A stretch of 64,000 nucleotides of DNA from Octopus sinensis (taxonomy: Eukaryota), in NCBI RefSeq assembly GCF_006345805.1, contig NC_042999.1:58156001-58220000 (forward strand), read 5' to 3'. The translations under genes and the position numbers were made by a program. Under the pieces are notes generated by a model. It had not been told where the DNA came from and did not search any database. It saw only the letters and a list, made by a program, of their open reading frames with translations. This document shows positions 33,216 through 46,613 of this stretch, piece by piece; the first letter of the stretch is position 1; the number at the start of each line of letters is the position of its first letter.

Positions 33216-35861
33216 AATAGATCTCAAAACCAAACATGAGGGGTGCAGAGTTCGGGCTAAAGTGCGCGCATTGGGCCGTGAGGGAATTAATTCTGCCGGA
33301 TGGGCCCTTACGGTAGAAACCCAGCGTGGCAATGGTACCACAATTAATTCTCTCGTGGATGACAATGGGAGTTCGGTCGATGACGGAACGAGATGTGTGA
33401 GGTAATTCACAAGCACTTTGCCGAGTTTTTTGGGAATGGCGGGGCGCTGGATCATGGCGAGGTCCTTAGGGACTTCCTGTCTGGCGGCCCGCGTCTCTCG
33501 GCTGAGTGCTGTGAAGGGCTAATCACGGCCGAGGAGGTAATCGAGGTACTGGGCGAATGCCCCGGGGAGAAGTCGCCGGGTCTCGATGGTCTGCCTTATG
33601 AATTTTACAAAACTATGCCAGACTTGTTCGGGCACCTGCTGGCCGGCGTCTACGCTAATTGGCAGCAGCATGGGAGAATTCCCAAGTCTGCGAGCCGGGT
33701 GGGGGTGACGTTGATTAGGAAGGACCCGAGCAAGGGGGATGAGATAGGGAACTTCAGGCCCATAACTCTGTTGAACACAGAGTTAAAGATTTTGGCCAAG
33801 GTGCTAGCAAAAAGGTTGGCGCGGGTCGTGGACAAACTTGTCGGGGAAGCGCAAACGTGCGCTATCCCGGGCAGGACAATCCACGACAATCTCCACCTTA
33901 TACGCTACTCCTTAGAGAGGGTGGGGAAGCTTTCTTGCGCGGGGGGAGGGTCACTGATGTATTTAGACCCGTCTAAGGCATTTGATAGGGTCGACCATCG
34001 GTACTTGGCGGCGATCCTCGAGAAGGCTGGCCTGAGTCCGACCTTCCGCGGTTGGATTGCTTCGTTGTACAGCCACATCGAGTCCATCGTAAAAGTGAAC
34101 GGTTTCCTTTCGAAGCCATTCAGGATCGAGCGCTCAGTGAGTCAGAGGTGTCCCCTGTCCCCGCTTTTGTATGTACTGGCTCTCGAGCCATTATTGCGGA
34201 AGTTGGAGGCACTAGAGGGCGCATCGCATGATCTATGGTGTTGAAGAGGAGCTACGGCGTATGCGGATGACATCTCCATCATCGTGGCGGATGAGGGCCA
34301 GCTTCCAGTGGTGGAAGAGGCTATCAAAAGTTACGAGGCGGTGGCAGGAGCAAAGGTTAACAAGGACAAGTCAATTGGTTTGCAGCTCGGCCCCTGGAGG
34401 AGCAAGCCGATGCCGTCCAATAACGTCGTGGGGCGTTGGACGGAAGGTCCTGTTAAGCTGCTCGGAGTCTGGTTCGCGCCAGACTTCCAGAGAAAAATTG
34501 GAGTGAGGTGGCCAGCAAGGTGACTGCTCTAACCCAGACGTGGTCTGGGTGGGCGTTATCCTTGCTAGGAAAGGCGGAGGTGGTGCAGATGTTCATAGCA
34601 TCGGTTATCACCTACCGTCTGACCGTGGTGCCTTGCCCCGATTTGTGGCTGAATAAGTTGGAGAGAATCCTTTTCCACTTTTTGTGGAAGGGAGGAAGGC
34701 CACTCATGAAGCGCTCTGTCTGTTGCCAGAAACCGCTAAAGGGTGAGCTAGGGATGCCTTGGCTGAGGATGCGAAAATTCGCTTCAAGGTTAAGGCATCT
34801 CTGGCTTTACCTGGATGGAGAGCAGGTGTGGTCGCCGCACGTTCGGTTCTATCTTCCGCAATTAACGTCCTTAACGGACATTGGTAATTAGATCAAGCAG
34901 AGACCCAGGCTGGGGACTGGCAATTGGAGTACCGCCAGGCACTTCAGCTACTTTCTCGAGCGGGCAATGCCGGCAACAAGAGTTCCACCGCGGATTTCTA
35001 TAGTGGGTTAGTGGAGGTTAAGTCCGAAGACGCCTTGGGGGAGACCCTGGGCTACGATGAAAACCAGTTAATCAACCAGTTCAGGAGAACTTTCGGGCCG
35101 GGGTATCTGGACAATTACTAGAAATCTCTGGCTTGGCAGTGCTTCCGTGCGGCGTTACCTGTACGTGATAAACTGTCAAGGCACGGAAGTGCCGTCTCGC
35201 CGACATGTCCGAGGTGCGGGCAGGACAGGGAAACCGTCTTGCACGCATTTGTGGATTGTCCGGAAGTAACGGGACTGATAGTTTTCGCAGAGCAACTATT
35301 GTCATCGATGGGAAGAGTACAGTTATAGGTTGAATCTGTCATCGAGATTGTGCCTCCTCATGCCCTTAACAGGGAAAGGAAGGTTTGCTTTTTCTGCGTA
35401 GTAGCTATACTGAAAGAAACAGTATGGAAGACGCATATAAGAGGCATAGTGTCGGGTACCTTTGTATCCGGCCAGGTTGGTTAACTTTTTTAGTTACCAC
35501 CTCAGTAATAAGATCAGGCTGGAGAAAAGGTACCTGTCACGAGACAGATTAATGAGATGATGGAAGCCTGTGGCGAGGAAGCTGGGAGTGTTTGGCACCA
35601 GGTAAGTGGAAGCCAAAAACAGGAAAGAAAAAGCAAGGGGTCTACCCTGGTAGTCGGATGTCTATCCTTCAGAGAAGCCATTACAAATTTCATTTGTAAT
35701 GAGCAACGCTTAAGTCAAAAGTTATAAACATATTTATTAAATTATTGTAAATTTTAAATTGTAAATATTTAATCGCTACAGCTACTTCACCCTTTTATGT
35801 TTGTCTGTTCTTGTTTGTCCTCTCTTTGTAATGCCTTCATGGCAAATATTTATGAAATAAA
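33216..35861 (+). mobile_element. L1/Tx1-clade LINE ORF2 (RT plus C-terminal CCHC), endonuclease missing, few stops and frameshifts
   Basis: KSPGLDGLPYEFY, NFRPITLLNTELKILAKVLAKRL, SKAFDRVDH, QRCPLSPLLY, AYADDI, CPRCGQDRETVLHAFVDCP; AATAAA at 35856-35861. 32660-32850 (IEKCLAPIWKDIKYIARG) may be its ORF1. Confidence 0.93.
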
Positions 35862-36010
35862 GTAGCGTGCTTACCAACCACATGGTTCCAGGTTCAGTCC
35901 CACTGCCTGGCACCTTGGGCAAGTGTCTTCTACTATAGCCTTGGTTGACCAAAGCCTTGTGAGTGGATTTGGTAGAGGAAACTGAGAAAAGCCCGTTGTA
36001 TATATATGTA

Positions 36011-36041
<31 letters not shown>

Positions 36042-36074
36042 TAGATATATATTATATATATATTTAAATATATA

Positions 36075-36121
<47 letters not shown>

Positions 36122-36390
36122 ATATATAATATATATGGTGTGTTTGGTGTGTGTATGTGTGTGTATATGTATGTGTGTTTGTGTTTGTCCCCCAAGCATT
36201 GCTTGACAACCGATGCTGGTGTGTTTACGTCCCCGTAACTTAGCGGTTCGGAAAAAGAGATCGATAGAGTAAGTACTAGGCTTCCAAGAAATAAGTCCTG
36301 GGGTCGATTTGCTCTACTAAAGGCGGTGCTCCAACATGGCCGCAGTCAAATGACTGAAGCAAGTAGAAGAGTAAAGAGAGTAAAGAGTAG
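35862..36390 (+). mobile_element. SINE family C, 5'-truncated, with an expanded internal (TA)n
   Basis: ttaccaaccacatggttcc...gagtaaagagtaaagagtag. Confidence 0.85.
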
Positions 36391-36544
36391 TGAGCAATAA
36401 CAAGCTCATTGGAAATTTCTATGAGTAGAGGAAAATGTCACATTAATTCAATGACAAATATTTTCTTAATTTTATTATAGTTCTTTTCTTCACAGGGCAG
36501 TGGCTTGTCAGTATCATATCAAGATCGGACAGAGTACCTTGTGG

Positions 36545-36968
36545 CATTTACTCTTTTACTCTTTTACTTGTTTCAGTCATTTGACTGCGGCCATGCTGGA
36601 GCACCGCCTTTAATCGAGCAACTCGACCCCGGGACTTATTCTTTTGTAAGCCCAGTACTTATTCTATCAGTCTATTTTGCCGAACCGCTAAGTTACGGGG
36701 ACGTAAACACACCAGCATCGGTTGTCAAGCAATGCTAGGGGGACAAACACAGACACACAAACACACACGCATACATATATATACATATATATATATACAT
36801 ATATACGACGGGTTTCTTTCAGTTTCCATCTACCAAATCCACTCACAAGGCTTTGGTCGGCCCGAGGCTATAGTAGAAGACACTTGTCCAAGGTGCCACG
36901 CAGTGGGACTGAACCCGGAACCATGTGGTTGATTAGCAAGCTACTTACAACACAGCCACTCCTGCGCC
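36545..36968 (-). mobile_element. SINE family C, full length, inverted relative to 35862-36390
   Basis: tactcttttactc...cacagccactcctgcgcc. Confidence 0.88.
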
Positions 36969-37699
36969 TTTAGTTACGATCTTTTACTTTCCGAGTTCGA
37001 ATCACGCCAAAGTCAACCTTATATCCTTGGGGGTCAGTAAAATCGACTGTCTCGCCACCAATTTCTGGTTTTGTGCCAGAGTTAGAAATCTGTTTTCTTT
37101 CAGTCATCCTTTCCTAATGTACCATGAAAACCGTTTCAAATCACGAGCCCAGTTATTATTTATTATTTCTTTTTCAACTAAATGATGTCAGTACAATCGG
37201 ATACACGTGGCTGGTTGCGCGAACCCTTTAGGTATGAAATCTAATTAAGCCTAAGGGTAACAACTATAATTCCATATATGAATACGAAATAATTGTTTTT
37301 GAATAATTCCTATTATTTAATTGAGAGAATGCAGTGTTCGGAGTCTTTTTAGGACTTCGAGACTGGTTGTAGAGGAAAAGGAAAGAGGAAGGCGAAAGCT
37401 GCCAGCCCTGACAGTGTCCTTTTCATTACATGCAAACATTGCCTCTCAGAACTTGCTCCTGCATTCACCAAACTCTTTAGTTACTCACTGCGGGGATGTA
37501 TCCTGACGGCGACCGTTAATAAAGTCAAAGTAATAAAGTCACTTTGGCTTGGGAAAAAAGTCACTATTAATTTATGGGATCCGGACAAAACCCCATCTAG
37601 GACAACCCCGCAACCGGACAAAACCTCTGTGACTCTTTTTCCTGTGATTTTGTTTCTACCTGGATTCATCCTGACATTTGACAGCATGTCTCAGCGTGT

Positions 37700-39000
37700 C
37701 CTATTCCAAACAAGGCAATCCCTCTGACCCAGACAACTATTGTCCTATTGCTCTCACCTCAAATATCTTAAGACAAAGAAGAGAGTTGTTAACAATGACA
37801 TTATTCAATACCTTGAATAAGGTGCTAAAGAGCGCCATTGTTAGAGAATGACGTCTTGGAAAGCGTGCACCCCCCTCTCCCTTTAGTAACCAACTCTCTT
37901 TAGTTTCCGTAGAAGCAGATCAACTTGAGATCTACTGTTAAGTCATTCACCAGTAGGGTCTCGCTTAAGAGAAGTTCGACGAAGGGAATGTTTTTGCTGT
38001 TGACAGGAGCAAAAGCCTTTGACCGTATCTTGCATGCTTCAGCCATCTCTTATCGCGGCATGTATTGATGGAGCTCTTTTTGCTCCACCCTTAATCAGCT
38101 CTGGTGTTTTCTGAGGTTCATTTATGTCCCCCACTTCATTCTATATATATCAGTGGCCTACTTGCCGTTACAGCCAACGACGCTCATTCATGCAGCTGAC
38201 ACGACCTTTTCATTCATCTTAACTTTTCCCAGTTACACATAATGAATACATCTCATTTCACACCGAGACACTGCACACCAAACCTGCATTGATTCCATGA
38301 AAGAGTACCTTGATAACAATCGTCAATGGAGCCACGCAACCTTGCTTCTTGTAACACAAAAAAAAAGAAAGAAAAAAAGAAAAGGAAAAGGAAAAGAAAA
38401 AAAATCTCACGAGCTACTCATGTCTAGAAAACATCACCATATCACATTTCCACTAAACATGAGGAGCCCTCAGCTAGATTCTTCAAAGTTACTCCAAACG
38501 TTGGGTTTCATTATTACTGATGTTCTCTCCTGATGAAAGGACATGGTTAGCTTAGCTAGGATCGCATCCAAAAGACCGGTTCTTTTTATTTCTTTTTCAG
38601 TTTCCAACAACTGCTGATACTCTGAAAGTCTCAAGTAAAGTCTACAACGGAGTACTGCTCTCACAACTGGATCGATTTTGCTGCACCGCGCACAGATATC
38701 CTGGACCGCATCCCAAGAAGGGCCTCTCGACTGATTGACATTCAGTCACTAAGAAACATGCTCCAGCGTTTGCCTCATCGGTATGCTGGCTCATTTCTCT
38801 GTCATTTCTGTCGCTACTATAACGTCCCCTGTTCTTCAGGCCTGGAAGGTTTCTTACGTTCACTGTTCATGTACCCCAGATCACTCGTGTTTCCACTTTT
38901 CGTCACATTGTTACATCCATTCCCGACCCGCACAGACTCCTACCTGGAGTCTTATCTCTGCCCACGTCTCTCATGTAGGTGTTGATAGCAACAGCTTAAA
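37700..39000 (+). mobile_element. Highly decayed CR1/Jockey-group LINE RT
   Basis: Interrupted peptides GNPSDPDNYCPIALTS, SKAFDRILH, LGFIITDVLS, EYCSHNW, ILDRI.RRASRLI, CHFCRYYN. Confidence 0.6.
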
Positions 39001-39477
39001 CGGAACATTAATGGTATCATGTTCACTATGCAAAGTTTTCAAGGACATTACTTCTTCCTCGAGACTCAGCAAGTAAAAAAAAAGAAACCCTTGAGAAGTG
39101 GGGGCCTGATCCAAATACTTTCAAAAGAGTAGAATTCACCGCTATGGGCAGCTAAGGGTCGAATGGGGATTTAAACCCGGAGATGGAGAAAATCTACTAC
39201 CCATGTGAGTTGAGACAGGATTTGAACTCAAAACGTAAAGACCTAGAACGGCATCTCGTCCGACGCTATAACGATTCCACCAGTCAACCGCAAAAAAAGC
39301 GTGTGTTTGAAATCGGAAAACTTGGAGCCAAAATAAGTATTGCTTGGTATTTCGTCCAACGCTTTAACGACGCTGCCATTTGAAAGCTTAATCAGTAGAG
39401 AGACGCTCCAGGAATTGAAACCACAATTTTATGATTATGAATGCAATACTAAGCCACGCGCCACCACTGTCTCTTCA

Positions 39478-39905
39478 GGGATGGGAAAGGCGGCGAGCTG
39501 GCAGAAACGTTAGCACGCCGGGCGAAATGCTTAGCGGTATTTCGTCTGCGTTACGTTGTGAGTTCAAATTCCGCCGAGGTCGACTTTGCCTTTCATCTTT
39601 TCGGGGGTCGATAAATTAAGTACCAGTTACGCACTGGGGTCGATGTAATCGACTTAATACCTATGTCTGTCCTTGTTTGTCCCCTCTATGTTTAGCCTCT
39701 TGTGGGTAATAAAGAAATAGGTATTTCGTCTGCCGTTACGTTCTGAGTTCAAATTCCGCCGAGGTCCACTTTGCCTTTCATCCTTTCGGGGTCGATAAAT
39801 TAAGTACCAGTTACGCATTGGGGTCGATGTAATCGACTTAATCCGTTTGTTTGTCCTTGTTTGTCCCCTCTGTGTTTAGCCCCTTGTGGGTAGTAAAGAA
39901 ATATA
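39478..39905 (+). mobile_element. Dimeric family-B SINE
   Basis: Full monomer, then a head-less second monomer from ggtatttcgtctg (~39720); candidate TSD tctcttca at 39470-39477 and 39906-39913. Confidence 0.85.
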
Positions 39906-41709
39906 TCTCTTCAAAGAATGTCCAAATAAATGCCAGTCGTGCGCTGTAGTCAAAGACGCTCCAGCCCAGCTCAGCCCACTCCTTATCTTTATCTTTTTTT
40001 TCAATCATTGGACAGTGGCCACCGCCTTGACGAGTTTTAGTCGAACAAATCGATCCCCCCCCCCTCAGTACTTATTCTTTAAAGTCCGGCGCTCATTTTA
40101 TCCGTCACTTTTACTGAACCGTAAATAAACGAACACCGGTTGTCAAGCGATGGGGAAATAATTACAAACCGACATCGGATTTCTTTTGGTTTCCGTCAAC
40201 CAAATCAAGTCACAAAGCTTTGGTTGACCTGAGGTAATAGTAAAAGCCAATTGGCCAAGGTGTTGCGCAGTGGGATTGAACCCAAAGACTATACGGTTGG
40301 GAAGCAAGCTTCTTACCCACACAGCCAAACCCGTGCCTATGGTTTGTCTAATAAAATTATGATTGGTTTCCAACTTTTAAAAAAAAGCTATGGCAAAAAA
40401 GGTGGATTATAAAGAAGCAAACACCGTTATATATTTTCGTTAATAAATGTTTTAAAAGAAAAAAACCAGAAAAATTCACAGATTTTTTGGTGGGGGGCGG
40501 GGCGGGGTGGTGGTGGTGGATAATGGCGAATAATTTCGATTGTTGTAAGGAAAATGTTCGGCACTTTAGAGCAGTATTGATTCTGAGTAAACTTGTTGGT
40601 CTCCACGGCAGTCTTGATCGAGTAGGCTTGTGATCAAAGGCATTCCAGCCGTGATCATCACGTTTTCCCGTACATTTATGACTATATAGTATTCTTCGTT
40701 CTTGAAGATAAAAGGATGAGACTCGAGAGATCTATAGCAGCTATTTCTTGCAAATCGAGTAACCACGTTTGGGTTCCCACGTTGGCTCGATATGTATTGT
40801 TGTTGTTATATTGCTATTTTTGTTGTTATCGTTGTTGGTGATGGTGGTGGTGATGATGATGATGATGAGGATGATGAAGATGATGGTGCTGATGGTGGTG
40901 ATGACAACGAGCATGAGGGTGATAATAATGACGATGATGTATCAAAGCAGATCATAGTTTCCTCCGTACGAATCGCCGAGAGCAACATTTTTCGAAAATA
41001 TCAAGAAGGTAGGAAAAAAATTTCAAAAAAACTAATTTTTTTTATTACCTGCATTTTTTATTACCTGTACAGACCACAACTGCTTCATGGATGAAGTTTA
41101 TACTCAACTGAATGGAACCACAGGTCCATCTCGGGCGATGCTTTTATAGGGGAAGCATTTTGGATTCGATGGGTAAAGCTACATAGAAGGAGGAGGACGG
41201 GAGCAACAAACTGAAAGGCCGCTCGGGTGGCACGCATCCCAGTTACACCACTGGTTACTTACGCGTTTATTCAAAACGAAGGCTGTTCAGTTAATTGAAC
41301 TCATCGTCAAAACTGACGGAGATCCATTTGTTTTTTTTTGTCTTTAAAAAAATTCATTATGTAACTTTTTACATGAGATCCAGAAAGTTTTTGGCATGTT
41401 AAAATATAGGTTTCAATTGAACAGCTTGGTTATTTCAATGTAGTCAATATTTCAGATGTGACAACTTCAAAAAGGGAACTTTGATCTAACGAGATCAAAG
41501 TCTAACGCTTGTTATAGGGTATAGACACAATTTAAGTAACGGATATATGATGTATGTTAACATCAAAACATTCTTTTTCAATGCTCAGAAACATGTTTTT
41601 TTTTTCTCTTCTCCCCCTCCTCTCCTTCTCTCCCCATCTCATATTCTCACTCTCACTGTATTTTACATTTGGAAAATACAAGTGATAACTTTTTACCAAT
41701 AGGAATAGT

Positions 41710-41790
41710 CGGACTACTACTACTACCACCACCACCACCACCACCACCACCACCACTACTACTACTATCCCCACCCCACCCCCACAACCG

Positions 41791-41836
<46 letters not shown>

Positions 41837-41926
41837 CACCGCCACCACCACCACTACTACTACTCAGAAATTTTGGGAGGAAACTAAAGGTTATTAGTGT
41901 GTGCGCGCGTGTGTATGTGTGTCTGT

Positions 41927-41972
<46 letters not shown>
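41710..41972. repeat. Compound (ACT)n/(ACC)n tract followed by (TCTA)n
   Basis: Directly visible. Similar tracts: (GAT)n 40845-40950, (ACC)n 44120-44180, (TA)/(GATA) 46100-46615, (GA)n 52230-52320. Confidence 0.95.
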
Positions 41973-41974
<2 letters not shown>

Positions 41975-42365
41975 TCTTTACCCCCGACCAAGAGTCATTA
42001 CGATTTCGGCATTTATGCATTATATTTGATTATTTAACGTACGGCTTACAGTTCAAAACACTTCCTGAATCAGCAGTTGACAGGAGATAACAAAGAGCAA
42101 TTTCGGTACCTTTCATCCCTTTCATCAGTATAATTTTCCAATCAGGTAAAATCCGAATCCTGTTGTTCCTTCCTTTTGTCCTTAAGGGCTTCCATATTCA
42201 AACAGGGACAAGGGTAAATACTATAACCACCCGGTTATTATTTTGTCTTATTATTAGATGAGGCATTGTTCTTCACTCTAGGATTAGTCTTTCATATGCC
42301 TCTGTCACACACACACACACACACGCACAAAGTCACATACATACATACGTATATACATTTTTTTC

Positions 42366-42740
42366 TGGCACTCCGTCGGTTACGACGACGAGTGTTCCAG
42401 TTGATCCGATCAACAGAACAGCCTGCCCGTGAAATTAACGTGCAAGTGGCTGAGCACTCCGCAGACACGTGTACCCTTAACGTAGTTCTCGGGGAGATTC
42501 AGTGTGACACAGAGAGTGACAAGGCCGGCCCTTTGAAAATACAGGCACACCAGAAGCAGGAAGAAAGAGTGAGAGAAAGTTGTGGTGAAAGAGTACAGCT
42601 GGGTTCACCCCCACCCCCTGCCGGAGCCTCGTGGAGCTTTAGGTGTTTTCGCTCAATAAACACTCACAACACCCGGTCTGGGAATCGAAACCGCGATCCT
42701 AAGACCGCGAGTCCGCTACCCTAACCACTGGGCCATTGCG
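42366..42740 (-). mobile_element. Full-length tRNA-Arg-like SINE (OR-type)
   Basis: Minus head cgcaatggcccagtggttagggtagcggactcgcggtcttaggatcgcggtttcgattcc; 3' end ...gtcgtaaccgacggagtgcca. Confidence 0.85.
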
Positions 42741-43301
42741 TGTGTGCATACATGCACACACACACATACACACATACACATGTATATATATATTTATTTA
42801 TACACACACACATATACAACGGGCTTCCATATAGTTTCTGTCTGCCAAATTCACTGACAAGGTATTTGTCGGTTCGGGCGTTATTACAGTAAGTGTTTGC
42901 TAAGGTGTTGTGCTGTGTTCGAAACCATCCCATTGCAAACTGATATTCTTAATCACACAACCATACCTGCGCCTAAACGGAGCGAAGTTTTTATTTTGTC
43001 CTCTCATTGATAAAGAGGGTAGGCTGCTAAAAACATTTCTCTACCCTTGTGTATCGTGAGAGTATTTATCCATTGAAAAATCACAGCATTTCTTTTTCAA
43101 ACTGGCGACTTTCTCTGACCACATAATTTCTTTCAGCCTACAGCCGTTATTCTGGTGAGATTTCTAAAAACCTCGTATCTGGATTAACATGCGCTTTACA
43201 TCGTAAGAAAGTGAAAGTAAATCGTCCTAACAAGAAAGGGATACTAAATCGCGATAGAAACCGGATGTGACGACAGTGACATCTCATACTTTCACGTAAA
43301 C

Positions 43302-43636
43302 CAGTGGTTCTTAACCAATTTTTGTCTATGGACTTCCTTTGATTACTGTTTTATTCTGGTGGACCCCCATAGTCATTCGATGTTTAAAAACTAGTTTTAT
43401 AAATACTTATTTCGAAATTCCTGGCCTGTCTCACACATTCACTTGTGTAGGATGAACTATTTAAAACGTCGGGGAAAGAAACCTGGCTGCTTCTTGCAAT
43501 ACATGCCAATAAATGCATCTAATGCAAACATTTTCCGGGGCCCTTAGAATGCTTTTGTGAATTTTCAGTTTATTATTTTGTTATGTGGGCTGCCAAAAAT
43601 CTCAGGAACCATATGGGCCCTGGTTAAGAACCACTG
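43302..43636. mobile_element. hAT (Charlie-like) MITE
   Basis: Perfect 16-bp TIR cagtggttcttaacca / tggttaagaaccactg; 8-bp flanks acgtaaac / atgtatac (6 of 8 match). Confidence 0.85.
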
Positions 43637-44339
43637 ATGTATACAATGTATGTGATATAACCAGTATAGAGCATGAAAACCATACGTATATTTTATATAC
43701 GATGAAAATAATAACATTTTCGGGGGAAAATAACTGGCATTGGCTGCACGAAGTGAGACTCGATAATAGTTTTTCACGATCTCTAAATTTGTTTCTCCGC
43801 GTATGCTTATAAAGATATGATGTAAATAAATCACATGTCTTTTTGTTTGCTGTCACAGATTTCGTATTTTTGTTTTTTTTCAGTTTAGTTCCAATTGTTT
43901 TCAGATTTGGTTCTACGGATTTAGCTTTGCATGTTAATTATGAAAGTGAATTTAATGGCAAATGAAAATGAAATTAATTTTGCCATAAATTAGTTAATAA
44001 AAAGCAAACAGCTTTTGAAGTTTGCAAATGTTGGGCAATTTTAGCTGTACACATACACATGACCATAAGTCTCACATTGGTGTCTGTTTTCACAGTGACA
44101 AGCAAAGATGTAGTGTGACACCACCACCACCACCACCACCACCACCAACACCACCACCACCACCAACACCACCACCACTACAAGTTTTGACAACTGGTAT
44201 CATTTTGTGCCTGTGTTGTTTCTGTCATTTTGCGGCAGACAGTCACCATGCAGGAAATACTGGCTTCTGATTCCTGTTTTCTGACTGGACTAAAAAAAAA
44301 AAAACCTGATCAAACTTTGCACCTCTGTAACGTTTTTCC

Positions 44340-45930
44340 AAATTAATGAATCCCAAGACACAGGAGTCGGGCCGGCCGCTATCAGTTTGTGCCGGTCGCC
44401 GTCAAGACGTCAGGTTTTCTGAGGACCGCATGTTCTATTTCCTCCGCAAGATAGGAATAACGTCGGCCCCTCTGAGAAATGAGTCCCCTGAAGTGGGGTG
44501 GTTGGTATAGCTAGTGTCGCGGCAACGCCATCGCAATCATTACCGTGAGCTGAGCACCTCACTCGTTCTGGGATATGTGGCTCATCGTTTCTTCCTCCTC
44601 TCTCTTCCACTGCTTTATCCCCCACTTTTTCTTCCATCCTTTCTTTTTTTCTTTCTTTCTTTTCCTCTCTCGTCTATTTTCTTCCTTGTTTCATCGTATA
44701 TAAATGTTCTAATAAAATAAAATACAACTATTTCAATTCAGAATCAGCGTGAACATTTACATCAATATACCAAATTTGAAAAATTTCATTTAATTCTAAA
44801 ATTTCCAAGTCTGGGATACTCTTTTACTCTTTTACTTGTTTCAGTCATTTGACTGTGGTCATGCGGGAGCACCGCCTTTTGGTCGAGCAAATCGACCCCA
44901 GGATTTATTCTTTGCAAGCCTAGTACTTATTCTATCGGTCTTTTGCTTAACCGCTAAGTTACGGGGACGTAAACACACCAGCATCGGTTGTCAAGCGATA
45001 TTTTTTTTTTTGGAGGGGGCAAACACAGACACACAAACATATATATACACACACACATATATATATATATACATATATACGACGGGTTTCTTTCAGTTTC
45101 CGTCTACCAAATCCACTCACAAGGCTTTGGTCGGCCCGGGGCTATAGTAGAAGACACTTGCCCAAGGTGCCACGCAGTGGGACTGAACCCGGAACCATGT
45201 GGTTGGTAAGCAGGCTACTTACCACACAGCCACTTGTACGCCTACGTAGCAAGCAAAAAGATCCTAAATCCTCACTAGTTCCACCTTGTTTCTTTAGCTG
45301 TCACTTCTGGTTTCTATCACAATTTATTTTTATTTCTTTCAGGACAATTTACTTTCAATTTTTTTTTACGAAGGTAAACTACACGTTAACTCGTATCTGT
45401 CCCAGGGCATGGATCCCGTCATCAATTTCTAGGCTGAACGATAGTACTTCTACATATTTTTTCATGCTGCATTTTTTTCTTGTAATCACAATTGACTGGA
45501 TTGCGTTCCGAAAGTCCATCCCCTCCTCACCGTGGTGGGGACGCTGGCAACGGGTAGTGTCAGAGCTATGTCGTCTGGAACTTCGGTTCCTGGTAGGGCC
45601 ACCCAAGGCAGATTGGTCTGACACCGAGTGGTATTAGGGCCACAACCCGGCAGACGGGGCTCTGGTGAAAATCCTCGGATTGTCTGTTTCGGCAACCGGC
45701 GGCTCCTCGGTCGTTCTGTCCCTGCGTCTGCGGACAATCTGTGGCAAACAGGATGGCTCTACACGCGAGATTGTTGGGGACCGCTTGCGAAATCCACATA
45801 TTCCCACGAAACTTCTTCTACAGCCTCGAGGGTGGTAGAAGAAGCCGACTCAACCCGCCCAGGGTGAATGTCGCCACAAGTACATGTAGTAAGGGTTGCA
45901 CGAATAATGGCGTTCACAGAATCCCTTAGT
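44340..45930 (-). mobile_element. GC-rich retroelement fragment, possibly L1/Tx1 5' region and ORF1, split by a family-C SINE (44815-45235)
   Basis: GC/CpG-rich islands; minus ORF ...FRNAIQSIVITRKK..SFSLEIDDGIHALGQIRVNV followed by a decayed KVNCPE and an E/K-rich stretch. Family assignment is weak. Confidence 0.3.
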
Positions 45931-46256
45931 ATCACGTGACAGAGAATAAACTGGTTAATGATGTTAAAGAAAGCTGCAGATTTGCATTATTACTACACAG
46001 TCTGCATGTGCGTGTGTGTGTGTGGTGTACACGCGTGAATGCACATGTGTGTTAGAGTGTATGTATTCTGTACTAAGATATGTCTATAGGTGAGAGGGAA
46101 AGCGATGTGTGTATGTAAGTATGTATGTTATGTAAGCATGTTATCTATGTATGTTATGTATGTATGCATGCATGTTTGTATGTGTATATATATGTGCGTC
46201 TTTATATGTATGCGTGTATGAATGTAGGCATATATATATATATTATATTATATATA

Positions 46257-46306
<50 letters not shown>

Positions 46307-46516
46307 GCGCGCACACACAGGCATACACATACATTGAGAGAGAATGAGTGTGTGTGAGAGAGAGACAGAGAGAAAGAGACAGATGGAAAGAGACAGAGGG
46401 GATAGATGGATAGATAGGTGGATATATAGATGGATGGATAGATAGATAGATAGATAGATAGATGGATAGATAGGTGGATATATAGATGGATGGATAGATA
46501 GATACATGGATATATA

Positions 46517-46565
<49 letters not shown>

Positions 46566-46566
46566 T

Positions 46567-46613
<47 letters not shown>

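Noticed and set aside
40792-41094. ORF resembling a signal peptide plus acidic tract (MYCCCYIAIFVVIVVGDGGGDDDD...), with a gtagga donor-like site
   Set aside because: Built from (GTT)/(GGT)/(GAT) microsatellites that are ubiquitous here; no downstream exon or recognisable homology.
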